A stretch of DNA of 64,000 nucleotides, taken from positions 787,645 through 851,644 of the forward strand of contig NW_003314296.1 of the NCBI RefSeq assembly GCF_000143415.4, in the 5' to 3' direction. Position 1 is the stretch's first letter; each line of letters opens with the position of its first letter. The notes below the pieces were generated by a model. That model was not told the DNA's origin. It made no database searches and was given only the letters and a program-made list of their open reading frames with translations. The translations under genes were made by a program, and so were the position numbers. Shown here in pieces: positions 52,883 through 63,177 of this stretch. The stretch comes from Selaginella moellendorffii. Lineage: Eukaryota; Plantae; Lycopodiophyta.

Positions 52883-53790
52883 GGATGCATCTCGGTGTCC
52901 AGACCTTCCACTGCAGCAGCACCCACGGGACGTTGCTGACGCCAAGGTCTCCACCCAGGAAATGGAGGTCGCCAATCCGGAAAACGACGGCAACGCCGAT
53001 AAGTATGACCAACTTCATCACACGCCCAGCAGTGAACATCACGGCCACGACCACGTCCTCGCGCTTGTCCTTGGACTCGAGCAGCAACAACATCAACCTC
53101 CATTGGAACAGGACCATCACCCATAGGAAGTGGAGCGGAAGGACGTGCAGCGAGAAGTGGAAGAGGCGACGTCTCATAACGTTGTGCCAAGTGAAGAGCA
53201 TTGTCAAGAGTGGCAGGAGCAAGTGCATGCACAAGTCCGACAAAATCTTGACGAAGTGCTGGCCATAACATTCCTAGCTTGATCCGCTCCGACATATTTG
53301 GCTCCGCACGAAGTAAAAGACTTCGGAAACGAACGCCAAATTGCATCACCGACTCAGATGGCCCTTGGCGAAGACGATGCAATTGTTGGAAAGCATCATC
53401 ACAATCATCGGCATGTCCGAAGGCGCGTTTGAAGATGTCCGGGAGAACACTCCAATCCCCACGAGTGGCTGCGCTCAAACCATTGTACCACTGCAACGCC
53501 GTCCCTTGGAGACACGTGGGAAACTCACGCAAACGTCGAGCATCATCCCAAGAATGATATGTGGCAATTACCGTGAAGTGATTGAACCAATGGTACACAT
53601 CATCCCCAGGATTCCCGCGAAAGAACTCTGGCCGAACGCGAGGATTAGCACCAAGAGCAGGAGGAGTTGTACCACGTGCCGTGAACGCCGCCATCAACTG
53701 AGTTTGGTTGTTCAATTGCAAGCGCATAGCATCAAGCAATTGTACCAACTGCTGCTCTAGAGTTAAAGGAGGAGATTGCTGATCTGCCAT
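52858..53790 (-). CDS. gag: Gypsy Gag
   Basis: Retrotrans_gag-like LQGTALQWY...LRQGPSESV, PMEVD, CCHC knuckle CWACDEVGHTYRRC. Confidence 0.92.
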   Translation of the reverse strand: MADQQSPPLTLEQQLVQLLDAMRLQLNNQTQLMAAFTARGTTPPALGANPRVRPEFFRGNPGDDVYHWFNHFTVIATYHSWDDARRLREFPTCLQGTALQWYNGLSAATRGDWSVLPDIFKRAFGHADDCDDAFQQLHRLRQGPSESVMQFGVRFRSLLLRAEPNMSERIKLGMLWPALRQDFVGLVHALAPATLDNALHLAQRYETSPLPLLAARPSAPLPMGDGPVPMEVDVVAARVQGQARGRGRGRDVHCWACDEVGHTYRRCRRFPDWRPPFPGWRPWRQQRPVGAAAVEGLDTEMHPGNEESRE

Positions 53791-54559
53791 GAAGATGAAC
53801 GAAAAAAAAAAAGCAAAAGAAGAGAGATGACAAAAAGCTAGAAGGAAATGGTAGATCTAGACAACGCAAAAAGCTAGATCTAAACCAAAAGAAAGAACAA
53901 AAGAAAGGAAATGGAAAAAGTTAGATCTAGACGATACAAAAGCTAGATCTAAACCAAAATCCCAAATCTAAGCACTCCTCAGGGACAATCAAAGGTGCCC
54001 CTCACCTCCACTAATGTGAGTGCCTGGAATATGGAAAGGGAATACAGAAATGTGCATATCAATTAGCCCAAAAACCCTAGCTTATATACAGGAGCGAGTG
54101 GTCCAGATTGAAACCAATCCGACGGCTACCAAAATCCCACTACACTAATATTAGTATACGGCATCATAACCGTATACTTGGCCCTCACAACATTAAGATT
54201 CATTTTTCTTAAGAAAACCTAATTATCACTAATTATTTTAGCTTCTTGAGAATATTCTCAATAAATGGTTGAAATTAAATCTTATAACGTAATCAATGGC
54301 TAACAAAGGTTTATGTGTTCTTCGTCTTGTGCTGGGGGTGTTGGTACACGAGAGTGAACGGCTGGTGTGCCGCAGGCGGGGCAGATTCAAACCCCAACAA
54401 GTGTCTTCGGGGTCTTCTGCCGGCAGTGGGTGTAAACATTTAAACGTTTTACTTCTTAACATTGTTTTTCTCACTATCCTATGGCAAGAACACCTTGCTA
54501 GCCACTTGATCTGTGACACCTCTAGAAAAGAACTCTTTGTTGGACGATTCTAGGAAAAA

Positions 54560-54770
54560 TTTGCAGATAGAACATCAAATCCTTGCGGTCGCCCACCAAC
54601 AAGTTCTTCCTGACGGTCACGTAGTCCCAGTAGGCTCCAGCCTTCATACCTCCTGCTCAGGTACTTGGTCCCTTTGGTTTTATGCCTCCAGATGGGCGCT
54701 AGCAGACCCAGAAAAACATGTCTAGTCAAGGGCGTGCACAGCGTAGGATGAGTCGGGCAGGGATGCATCC
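54560..54770 (-). mobile_element. Possible short decayed copia RT C-terminal fragment
   Basis: Minus-strand LPDSSYAVHAL...AHLEA...KYL resembles RPDxSYAV...HxxAxKRxLRYL. Confidence 0.3.
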
Positions 54771-55567
54771 AGAACACAATCAACCCCGCCTTCCCAAGAG
54801 CTTGGAGAAATCATCAAATGTGGCTTGGTGATTTGATGATTTCTGGATCATCAGTGGCAGAAATGATCTGATGATTTCTCAGATCGAGAAGTGACCAGCA
54901 GACTATGGAGAGGTTACTTCTCATCATCATGCTCACTGTTGGGGGTAATTTTTGAGAAGCATAATGGAAAAGAACTCACAAGGAACTGAACCAAAAAAGT
55001 GAAAGGGATCACTTGGCTAATGTTTAATTGGGTCAGTAAACACACCTTTAAGACATCATCTTTTAAATTCTCAGAGCTGGCAATCCCGGTCTCTCATCGC
55101 ACGATCGTCATTTTCAATTCTTTCTTCTTTTCATGGGGGTCTTATAATTTGCTATCGGCAATGTGATTTACGTTAGCTACAACTCAACAAAGAAATGCTC
55201 ACTTCACCATAAGACATAGTTCAAGGATTATCATGATGAAGTTTTTACACAATATGTTCATGTATTTTTTATTTTTTTATTTTTGCATGGCATACAATAC
55301 ATTGAACTGCATTTCGTCGCTAGCTGTAAATGAATTGAAAATATTCTTTGTGTTCTAATTTTAAAAAATTAAGACTTTGTCATAATTAACAGCAAAAATA
55401 AACTTAAATTCCCAGCATTTGTTTTAGATTAGAAATTCTTGTTTCCAACGGTGTAAAGGTCTTTGACATTCAGAGCTGGGTGGGACGGTGTGTAAAGGTT
55501 TTTGACATTCAGAGTTGGAGAGGGATAGATCATTTGAAGCTGTTGTGTAGAAGAAAGGAAGAGAGCT

Positions 55568-56563
55568 ATGGCGCTACTCCACTGGATTAAGGCGTCTCTC
55601 CCGGGGCTTCCCATCGACAACAAGGATGATCCAAACTACGACGACTTTGCTGCCACCAGGCAGCCTTTGGAATCCATCCCAGCAATTCCTCACTTTGTAC
55701 AAGGTGTCGCGTCCAAGGACATTGTGATTGACGAGATTTCAGGCCTCTCGGCACGGATTTTCCTCCCGGAATGCGAGCACGATTCGAAGCTGCCAGTGTT
55801 CGTCTACTTCCACGGTGGCGGATTCCTGGTTTTCACACCAAAGTTCCAATTTTTCCACTATTTCTGCGAATCCATGGCGAGAAGTCTCAAAGCCCTGGTG
55901 GTCTCTGTGGATTACAGGCTCGCTCCCGAGCACCGGCTGCCGGCAGCGTACCAAGACGCCACTAGAACTCTGCAATGGCTCCAAGAACCACAGTGCTTGG
56001 GCGAGGATTGGATTCGCTCCCACGGCGATTTATCCCGTGTCTTCATCTCGGGCGATAGCGCTGGGGGAAACATCGCCCAACACTCGGCACTGGATTGGTT
56101 CTTCCGCCAGGAGCTCAAGAACGTCGAGGAAACGAAAAATCCCACGATCAAAGTCGTGGGAGTCGTCCTCGTCCAGCCTTTCTACGGCGGCATGGATCGC
56201 AAGGACTCGGAGGTGGAGTTTGCCAACGGCGAGATCCTCACCATGGAGAGCTCGGATCTCTGCTGGAAGCTCGCGCTCCCAATTGGGGCCGATCGCGATC
56301 ATCCTTTTTGCAACCAGCCCAAGTTCCTGGATGAACATCGAGTTCCGGCAGAGATGGCGCCAATTTTCATGGCGATTGGGCGCAAGGATTGTTTGTACGC
56401 GAGGCAAGTAGAGGTCGCACGACGTCTACAGGGGGCAAACAAGCACGTCCAGGTCGTGGAATACGAGGATGCCGCCCATGCGTTCTACTTGGGGCCTCCA
56501 TCGCCGGCGTTGGATCGGTTCTTCGATGACTTATCTGGGTTTGTGACAATGTGTTGCAAGTGA
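55568..56563 (+). CDS. CXE: Carboxylesterase (CXE / GID1-like alpha/beta hydrolase), intronless
   Basis: FHGGGF, VSVDYRLAPEHRLPAAY, GDSAGGN, catalytic Asp (KDCL) and His (AAHAFY) retained. Confidence 0.93.
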   Translation: MALLHWIKASLPGLPIDNKDDPNYDDFAATRQPLESIPAIPHFVQGVASKDIVIDEISGLSARIFLPECEHDSKLPVFVYFHGGGFLVFTPKFQFFHYFCESMARSLKALVVSVDYRLAPEHRLPAAYQDATRTLQWLQEPQCLGEDWIRSHGDLSRVFISGDSAGGNIAQHSALDWFFRQELKNVEETKNPTIKVVGVVLVQPFYGGMDRKDSEVEFANGEILTMESSDLCWKLALPIGADRDHPFCNQPKFLDEHRVPAEMAPIFMAIGRKDCLYARQVEVARRLQGANKHVQVVEYEDAAHAFYLGPPSPALDRFFDDLSGFVTMCCK

Positions 56564-57159
56564 ATTTGTAACAGACTTTCTATATTTTAAATAAACAATC
56601 CATGGAACTTTCTCGATATTCAAATTTTAGAAGATGTTTTCATGCACGATGTCTTTGTAATCGTATTATTATAAGTATTGGATTAACTGTTTCAAGTCTG
56701 AACTGAATGGTGGCTGTCAAGATCGCCTCCTCCGGTCGCATGGCGCGGTCTAAACAATTGATAAATGTATGAATTATACCTTGCAGTAATTATGCTGCTA
56801 ATTAGATTTGTTGCTTGGTTGAATTCTTTGAATAAACAATTTAGACTTTCTCGACATGGTTCTTTTTTCCACGATGTTTAATGTGGTTTGAGCGGAAGTT
56901 CTTTTCCTAGAAGGTCTTGGGGTTCCATCTTGTGGGATCTACAAGAGCAATGCATGACAATGCCCTTGATTTATTTGCTACCATATAGTTATCCGTTAAG
57001 CAATGATTCCACATTGTATCAGCTAGAAACTAGATAATCACGAAACGAGAGTGTCCCTGGTTCATGATTTTCATTCAGACTGCTTCCATAATACAAAATG
57101 CTAAGAGCTTTGCCTTTCACGACTTACTTGATATTATCATTCGTGCCTTCATGGGGTTT

Positions 57160-57947
57160 TCATGCTGGCCGGGCCAGGATCTTGGCGTCGCAGGCAACGA
57201 TTTTCACCCGATCCACATGCTGGACCTCGTTATCCGTCTTGAACGTCGCGTTCTCCAGCAAAAAGATCCAGATGTTGTCGCAAAACCTGTATGTGCGCAA
57301 GTGGCCCTGCCAAAGAAAAACAAGAGAACAAGGAAAACAAACATGAAAAAACCAAAAAACATGAAGAATTCGTGTTCACTCAAGCAATGCGAACGAAAGA
57401 AAAAAAAAAATCAGAGCCACAAGAAAAGCTTTCTCTGTGAAAAAATTATGGAGAAAAGAGGCTAATTTACAGACCTTGAAGGTCGTCTTAGCTCGCACTT
57501 TGCTCTGCAGTGCCTCACCCATCGACTGTAAGGATCCAAGGAGGAAAGGGAAAAAAAAAAAAAAAACCAATCGAGTTAGTAACGGGAACCAAAAACGAAG
57601 AACACGAAACGCTCAATCAAACCAAAAGAAAAGTTACAACTAAGCCAAAATTCCCAGTGAAAAACTCAATTCGATCAAGCAGCCAAGAAGAACACGAAAC
57701 GCTCACTCGATCAAAGCAAAAGAAAAGTTACAACTAACGAAAAAACAAGAGAAATCCCAATGGAAAACTGAGATCTCATCTCATTCCACAAAGAAAAAAA
57801 AAAGGAAGAGAAGCTTACTTTGTCGAACTGCATGAGCACACGCACGGCGAGAAGAGGAGGAATGCTGCCGTTCGTTACCATCTCGTCCAGAGCATCCGTG
57901 AGGCCTATGCCGATGGTGGATTTGCGATAGAGCTCCAAGCTGCCCAT
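57160..57947 (-). CDS. TFIIA-S: Transcription initiation factor IIA gamma subunit, 3 exons
   Basis: [20 protein letters not shown]...QFDK / [10 protein letters not shown]...FK / [15 protein letters not shown]...VKIVACDAK. Confidence 0.95.
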
Positions 57948-58411
57948 CTCCCTCGCCAGTCGCTAGCGCGCGCGCCTTTCTTCTCTCTCCCTCCCTCTCG
58001 CAGCTCCAGGCGCGATGGCGGAGCTCAAACTCTCACGACAGAAAACCCTTTATATATCTCTCGACCTAGAGCTTATAACTGCGCATTGGGGCTTTATATA
58101 CCCTAGGGTGCGCTATAAAGCCCCCTTTCTTCCCCGCTCGATCCATCGCAGTGCTCGATCCGAGGAGCTGAGGAGCGGCCGCTGCTGCTGCGCACGCGAT
58201 CGCGGTGAGTTTTTCGATCGGATTATCGGATTGCGCTGGCTGTTAGCTCCTCGATTCTTCTTGCCCGACTGTTTTGTTAACTATGAATGAATGTAGTTAA
58301 GTTTATCTCTTGTTTAGGATGTTTCGTGTTGTGAACTTGTGATTGATTTTTTTTTTTTCCTTTCTTCGATGTGATTTATTTTTCTTTTGCTCTCCAGGCT
58401 CCAGCTTCGAA

Positions 58412-59434
58412 ATGTTTAAGAAGTAAGTACGATGGACTTTTTTTCTACGCATGTTTTTTTATTTCTCTCTCTCTTTTCTTCTGTGGTCTTTCTTGCTTAA
58501 TGTTTCCTGGAAATGGAAGTTAACTGTGTATGTTTTTTGTGTGTATCAGGTTTAGCCAGGAAGAGGTAACCGCGCAGAATCAGGTGAAAGCCTCCGTTCA
58601 AAGAAAAATCCGGCAAAGCGTTGCTGAAGAGGTAAAAGAAAAAGTTCTTTCTCGAGTATTTCTTTCCGAAACTACAAACTTTGTTTTGTTTGTGTAGTAT
58701 CCAGAGTTGGAGCCCGTGCTTGATGATATCCTGCCGAAAAAATCTCCGGTCATCGTTGCTAAATGGTGAGCTAAGCTACTTAAATCGGACATTTCTAACC
58801 TTTTGCGGTTCAAACATTTGCAGCCAGAACCATGTCAACCTGATACTCGTCAACAATGTGCCGCTCTTCTTCAACGTCCGAGACGGTCCTTACATGCCAA
58901 CCTTGAGGCTCCTCCACCAATGCAAGTTCGTAGCATGAGGAGAAAACGAGCTAACGGTTTTCGCTTTCGTGATCTCCAGACCCAACCGTGATGAAGAAGC
59001 TCCAAGTTGACAGAGGAGCCATCAAGTTCGTCCTCGCAGGAGCAAATATCATGTGTCCCGGACTGACATCTCCTGGAGGTGGCTTGGACGAAAGTGTGGC
59101 AGCCGAGGCACCTGTGGTACGATTTCACGATTCTTTGACAGATAGCTTCTTCTCAAACTCGTGTTCTCGTGATTTCTAGGCCATAATGGCGGAAGGCAAG
59201 CAGCACGCGCTTGCGATAGGCTTCACGAAAATGTCTGCTCTCGACATGTGAGCCACCGGTTTGCTTGGAAACAATCAAGCTAAGTGTTTAAACTCTCGCA
59301 GAAAGAATATCAACAAAGGGATTGGAGTGGACAATATGCACTATCTCAACGATGGACTCTGGAAGGTATGTAACACTACCAATGGATGCTAACCGAAAAA
59401 AAAACTATCTTTCCAGACGCAGCAACTCAATTGA
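58412..59434 (+). CDS. MCTS1: MCT-1/MCTS1 (Tma20) PUA-domain translation factor, multi-exon
   Basis: [73 protein letters not shown]; 5' UTR intron ~58205-58397. Confidence 0.95.
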
Positions 59435-59486
59435 GACGACCCCGCGAGAAACTTAGACGAAGAGACGAAGACGAGAGCTTTTCTTT

Positions 59487-62090
59487 CTAGAACACCGTAA
59501 GATGTTTCTCTTTCCGGATTGAAGCGTAGATGTTTGATAGAAGGACGTAAACTCCAGAGCCCTCGGGATCCAGTGCTAGTGCCTGTTTTGCAGCGCTAGC
59601 TCCTCGCTGGAAATCGCCTTGAGTTTTGCAAGCTCCCAATAAAGTCGTCCACACGGTGGTATTCGGTCGATACGGCATGCTCGAGACGAGCTCCTCGGCA
59701 AAGTGGAGCTGCTTGGATCGACCCAAGAGATCGACAATGCAGCAGTAGTGATCGATCGAGGGGCGCAGCTCCAAATCTCTGGTGATGAAAAAGAAGAGCT
59801 CGCGAGCTTCGTGCAAGAGCCCCGAGTGACTACACCCGGTGAGAATGGCCACGAGAGTCACCTCGTTTGGCTTCACTCCTTCCAGGAGCATCGCCCGTAC
59901 AAGCTCCAGGGATTCGGGAATATACCCGGCCTGGGCGTACGCTCCAATGGTGGCGCTCCACGACACCACGTTCCGGGCGGGCATATTCTTGAAGAGGTGC
60001 CTTGCCACGTGTGCGTGGCCGGCCTGGGCGTGGGCCGTGATCATCGAGTTGAGCGCCACGAGGCTGTGGTGGGGCATCTTTTCCAACACTACCATGGCCT
60101 CGTCCACGTGGAAATTCCCGGCCAATGCCTGGGCGAGAACGTTCCACGTCACCACGTCGCGCTGGTCCATGGAATCGAACACGTGGCGGGCGTCCATGGG
60201 CCGGCTGTTGCTCCCATACGCCTGGATCATGGAGTTGTACGACGCGGCGTTGGACAGTGGCATGGCGTGGAAGATGCCGATCGCATTTTCTAGATGCCCT
60301 TGTGCGGCATTTGCTGCGAGGACGGTGTTCCAGGACACGGCATTCCACCGGGGCATATTCCTGAAGACTTGACTTGCAGATGCGGCACCTAAGGCGGTCA
60401 TAGTTATGTTCCAAGAGGCGATGCTCTTGTACGGCATGGAATCAAAAGCGGCCTTTGCTTGTACGTCATGCCCCTCCCGGGAATATGCCGTGAGAATCAC
60501 ATTGCAGCAGATGGAGTTTCTGAAAGGAATCAGCCGAAATGCCATTTCCGCTCTGTGAAGATACCCATTCTCTGCGAAGGCCTGGATTAACACGGTCCAC
60601 GAAACCACGTCCTTTTCGGGAATCTTTGCGAACACTCTCTCGCACATACCAAGATTCCCACTCCCGGCATATGCTCCAATAACGGCTACCCACGTCCAGG
60701 AATCCCACTGTGGCATACGATCGAATATCCGGCACGCGTAGCATAGTTTCTCCTCGCTTGCGTACGCTTCGATCAGGGCATTGGCGGAAATAACATTTCG
60801 AGCCGATGACAAGTCAAACAGCTCTTTCGCTTTCTCCAGATACCCCTCTTGGGCATTTGCTTGCACGATGATATTCCAGGCAACAACATTCCACGCCGGC
60901 ATTTTCTGGAAAAATTGCGTCGTCGATTCCAGATTGCCTGTCTCCGCAAAAGCGGCGATCATAACCGTCCATGTGAAAACGTTTCTGACGGGCGTGTTCC
61001 GGAACAGAACCTCGCACTCGTGAAGAAGCCGGCACTCGGCATAGCTCTTGATTAGCGACGTATTATCATCCTCGCCGCCACCTTTTCTCCGTACGAGGCT
61101 TTCCACCGCCATCGGGCCTTCGTTTCCCGGCTCCAGAAGCTGCCCGTACGTACGGCGGGCCTCAATCAAGCATCCACTCTGTGCCATTGCGGCAATTATC
61201 GTATTCCAGGACACATTATCCCAGTACGGCATCTTCCAAAACACAAACTTGGCTTCGCCAACCTCGTCGCAGGCGTCGAGCATCGCGTTCCACAAACGCA
61301 CAGTCCGTGCCGGGACGGAATCAAACACAGACAAAGCTAACGCAAGATGCCCGCTTTCGGCATACGCGGTGAGCATGATCGTCCAGGACACGACATTATG
61401 CTGCGGCATCACTTGCAAGATCAAGCAGGCTGTGGTGACGTCCCCGTGCGATGCAAATCCATTCAGCATAGTGTTCCAGCAGTAGTCGTTTCTTTGCGGC
61501 ATGGCGCTGAAGAGATTCTTCGCATCCTCCAAATGCCCGCAAAGAGCATTTGCCTGAAGCATGCTTGTCCACGATACCACGTCCGGATTTTCAATCGCGT
61601 CAAATACAATTCGCGCCTGGGAAACATCACCAGTTCTACCGTACAGATTGAGCATCGCGTTCATCGACGCAGTGTCTTTCTCAGGCATGGAACCGTACAG
61701 GTTCTCGGCCTCGGCAAAATGCCCTTCCTCGGCAAGTGCCAGGATCACAACGGTGGCCGCCACGGATCCCACCTGCGGCATGCGAGAGAAGAAGAATCGA
61801 GCATCGCCCAGATGCCCGTGATGGGCGAACGCCGCGACGATGATGTTCCAGGAGAAAACATTGCGGCACTCGGCGGCATGGAAGACCTGGAGCGATCGAT
61901 CCAGGCGGCCACACTTGGAGTACATGTCGACGAGGAGATTAGAGAGGAAGACATTGCTGGCGTGGGAGGAGGCGAGGATCTGGGCGTGGACGAACTCGCC
62001 CTTGTGAGGATCGAGCGAGTCGCGGCACTGCTTGATCGCTCTCGCAAAGCGCGATACTTCTTGCTTAGATCTACTCAAGGTCACAAACAT
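59487..62090 (-). CDS. PLS-class PPR protein dominated by short tandem repeats, E domain, no DYW
   Basis: Many ~31-aa WN/WT..AxAxxG..A...F..MP repeats, HYCCIVDLLGRS, WTTLLGACK, GVYVLLSNIYA. Confidence 0.92.
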   Translation of the reverse strand: MFVTLSRSKQEVSRFARAIKQCRDSLDPHKGEFVHAQILASSHASNVFLSNLLVDMYSKCGRLDRSLQVFHAAECRNVFSWNIIVAAFAHHGHLGDARFFFSRMPQVGSVAATVVILALAEEGHFAEAENLYGSMPEKDTASMNAMLNLYGRTGDVSQARIVFDAIENPDVVSWTSMLQANALCGHLEDAKNLFSAMPQRNDYCWNTMLNGFASHGDVTTACLILQVMPQHNVVSWTIMLTAYAESGHLALALSVFDSVPARTVRLWNAMLDACDEVGEAKFVFWKMPYWDNVSWNTIIAAMAQSGCLIEARRTYGQLLEPGNEGPMAVESLVRRKGGGEDDNTSLIKSYAECRLLHECEVLFRNTPVRNVFTWTVMIAAFAETGNLESTTQFFQKMPAWNVVAWNIIVQANAQEGYLEKAKELFDLSSARNVISANALIEAYASEEKLCYACRIFDRMPQWDSWTWVAVIGAYAGSGNLGMCERVFAKIPEKDVVSWTVLIQAFAENGYLHRAEMAFRLIPFRNSICCNVILTAYSREGHDVQAKAAFDSMPYKSIASWNITMTALGAASASQVFRNMPRWNAVSWNTVLAANAAQGHLENAIGIFHAMPLSNAASYNSMIQAYGSNSRPMDARHVFDSMDQRDVVTWNVLAQALAGNFHVDEAMVVLEKMPHHSLVALNSMITAHAQAGHAHVARHLFKNMPARNVVSWSATIGAYAQAGYIPESLELVRAMLLEGVKPNEVTLVAILTGCSHSGLLHEARELFFFITRDLELRPSIDHYCCIVDLLGRSKQLHFAEELVSSMPYRPNTTVWTTLLGACKTQGDFQRGASAAKQALALDPEGSGVYVLLSNIYASIRKEKHLTVF

Positions 62091-62163
62091 GAGCTATAAG
62101 AAAGTTCTCATTGTGATCTTAGATAAACTACCATCTCTCCAGGAAACCTTGCGAGAATGATCT

Positions 62164-63177
62164 TCATGGAATGTAGATCTTGTCCCCGGGATAGATCCTA
62201 TCGGGATCGCTGGTAACGCTCATGTTGGCTTCGAAAACATCGTCCGGGGACAATCCATACTTGTTCGCGATAGAACTCATCGTATCACCTTCTTTCACCT
62301 GGAGAGGAAGAGCTCAAGCTCACGAAGAAAACGATGTATAGGATACGAACCTCGTGATACTTGGACTTTTGTTTCTGGTGGCTCGTCCAGGCGAAAACTG
62401 AGAGGAGGATCGTCGCGGCGGCAGTAGCAGCGACGACGAAGTATTTGCTTCGTCCCGTGTTCTTGGCTTGATCTTTCTTTTTGGAGCGATGATCGTCGTC
62501 CTGTGGCACGATCCCGTCTTGATCGTCATCTTCGCGCGACAAAGACGAGGTGGAGGACGAAAGCTCCGAGTTTGCATCGCCATTTAGGAGATGGTGGTGA
62601 GCGCTGGGAATGGAGGCACCGTTCTCTCGCTTGACGTCACTGATCTCTGAAAAGAGAAGAAGAAAAATCTAGAAAACCATCGTTTTTGGCTTTGCCATGG
62701 AGCAAACCTTTGAGAAACCGAAGAACTAGACATATTTGTCCAACATCTCTTCCGGAAGGATCTTTCAGTGTGACCCACTGAACCGCGGTCCCGATCGAGA
62801 TTAGATCACGGATGGGAACGAGAGATTTTCCCACTGGATGGCTGGAGTGATCATCCAGAAGTGTCACCTATGAAGATCAAGGAGATAGAAACACGAATAA
62901 AAGGAGAAGAAGAGAACTTGTTACCGTGAGGCAAGAGTCCTCCGACGCCACATCCAGTCTAAACTCTGCTAGCCATTTGGAACTTAAGTTCTTGAGCGGC
63001 GCCGTTCTAGCCTAGAGAAAGAAATCCATCATCCAAAACTCTAGAGACGGATAAAAATAACCAGCATTTTACCTGTTCTTTGCCGATCTGTAGCAAAACA
63101 GAGGGCCGCGCATCGATCTTGACAGAGAGATTCCTTCCCTCCACCACGGATATATGAAGGTGCCCCAAGCACCGCAT
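62164..63177 (-). CDS. C2 domain - transmembrane - LysM protein (260 aa, 5 exons)
   Basis: Exons 63177-63073, 63011-62925, 62867-62708, 62646-62351, 62298-62164, all GT-AG and in frame. C2 (LHISVVEGRNL...WLAEFRL...VQWVTLKD), TM FVVAATAAATILLSVFAW, LysM YHEVKEGDTMSSIANKYGLS...N...PDRIYPGDKIYIP. Confidence 0.85.

Larger units (their letters stand above)
49187..54189 (-). mobile_element. Near-intact Ty3/gypsy LTR retrotransposon without chromodomain (5003 bp)
   Basis: 175-bp TG...CA LTRs (49187-49361, 54015-54189; 5 differences counted by eye), ACAT flanking repeat, PPT next to the left LTR, PBS-like 53998-54013, gag then PR-RT-RH-INT. Confidence 0.97.

Noticed and set aside
55568-56563. Gibberellin receptor GID1
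   Set aside because: The catalytic His is retained and the GID1 N-terminal lid motifs are not evident, so it is called a CXE.
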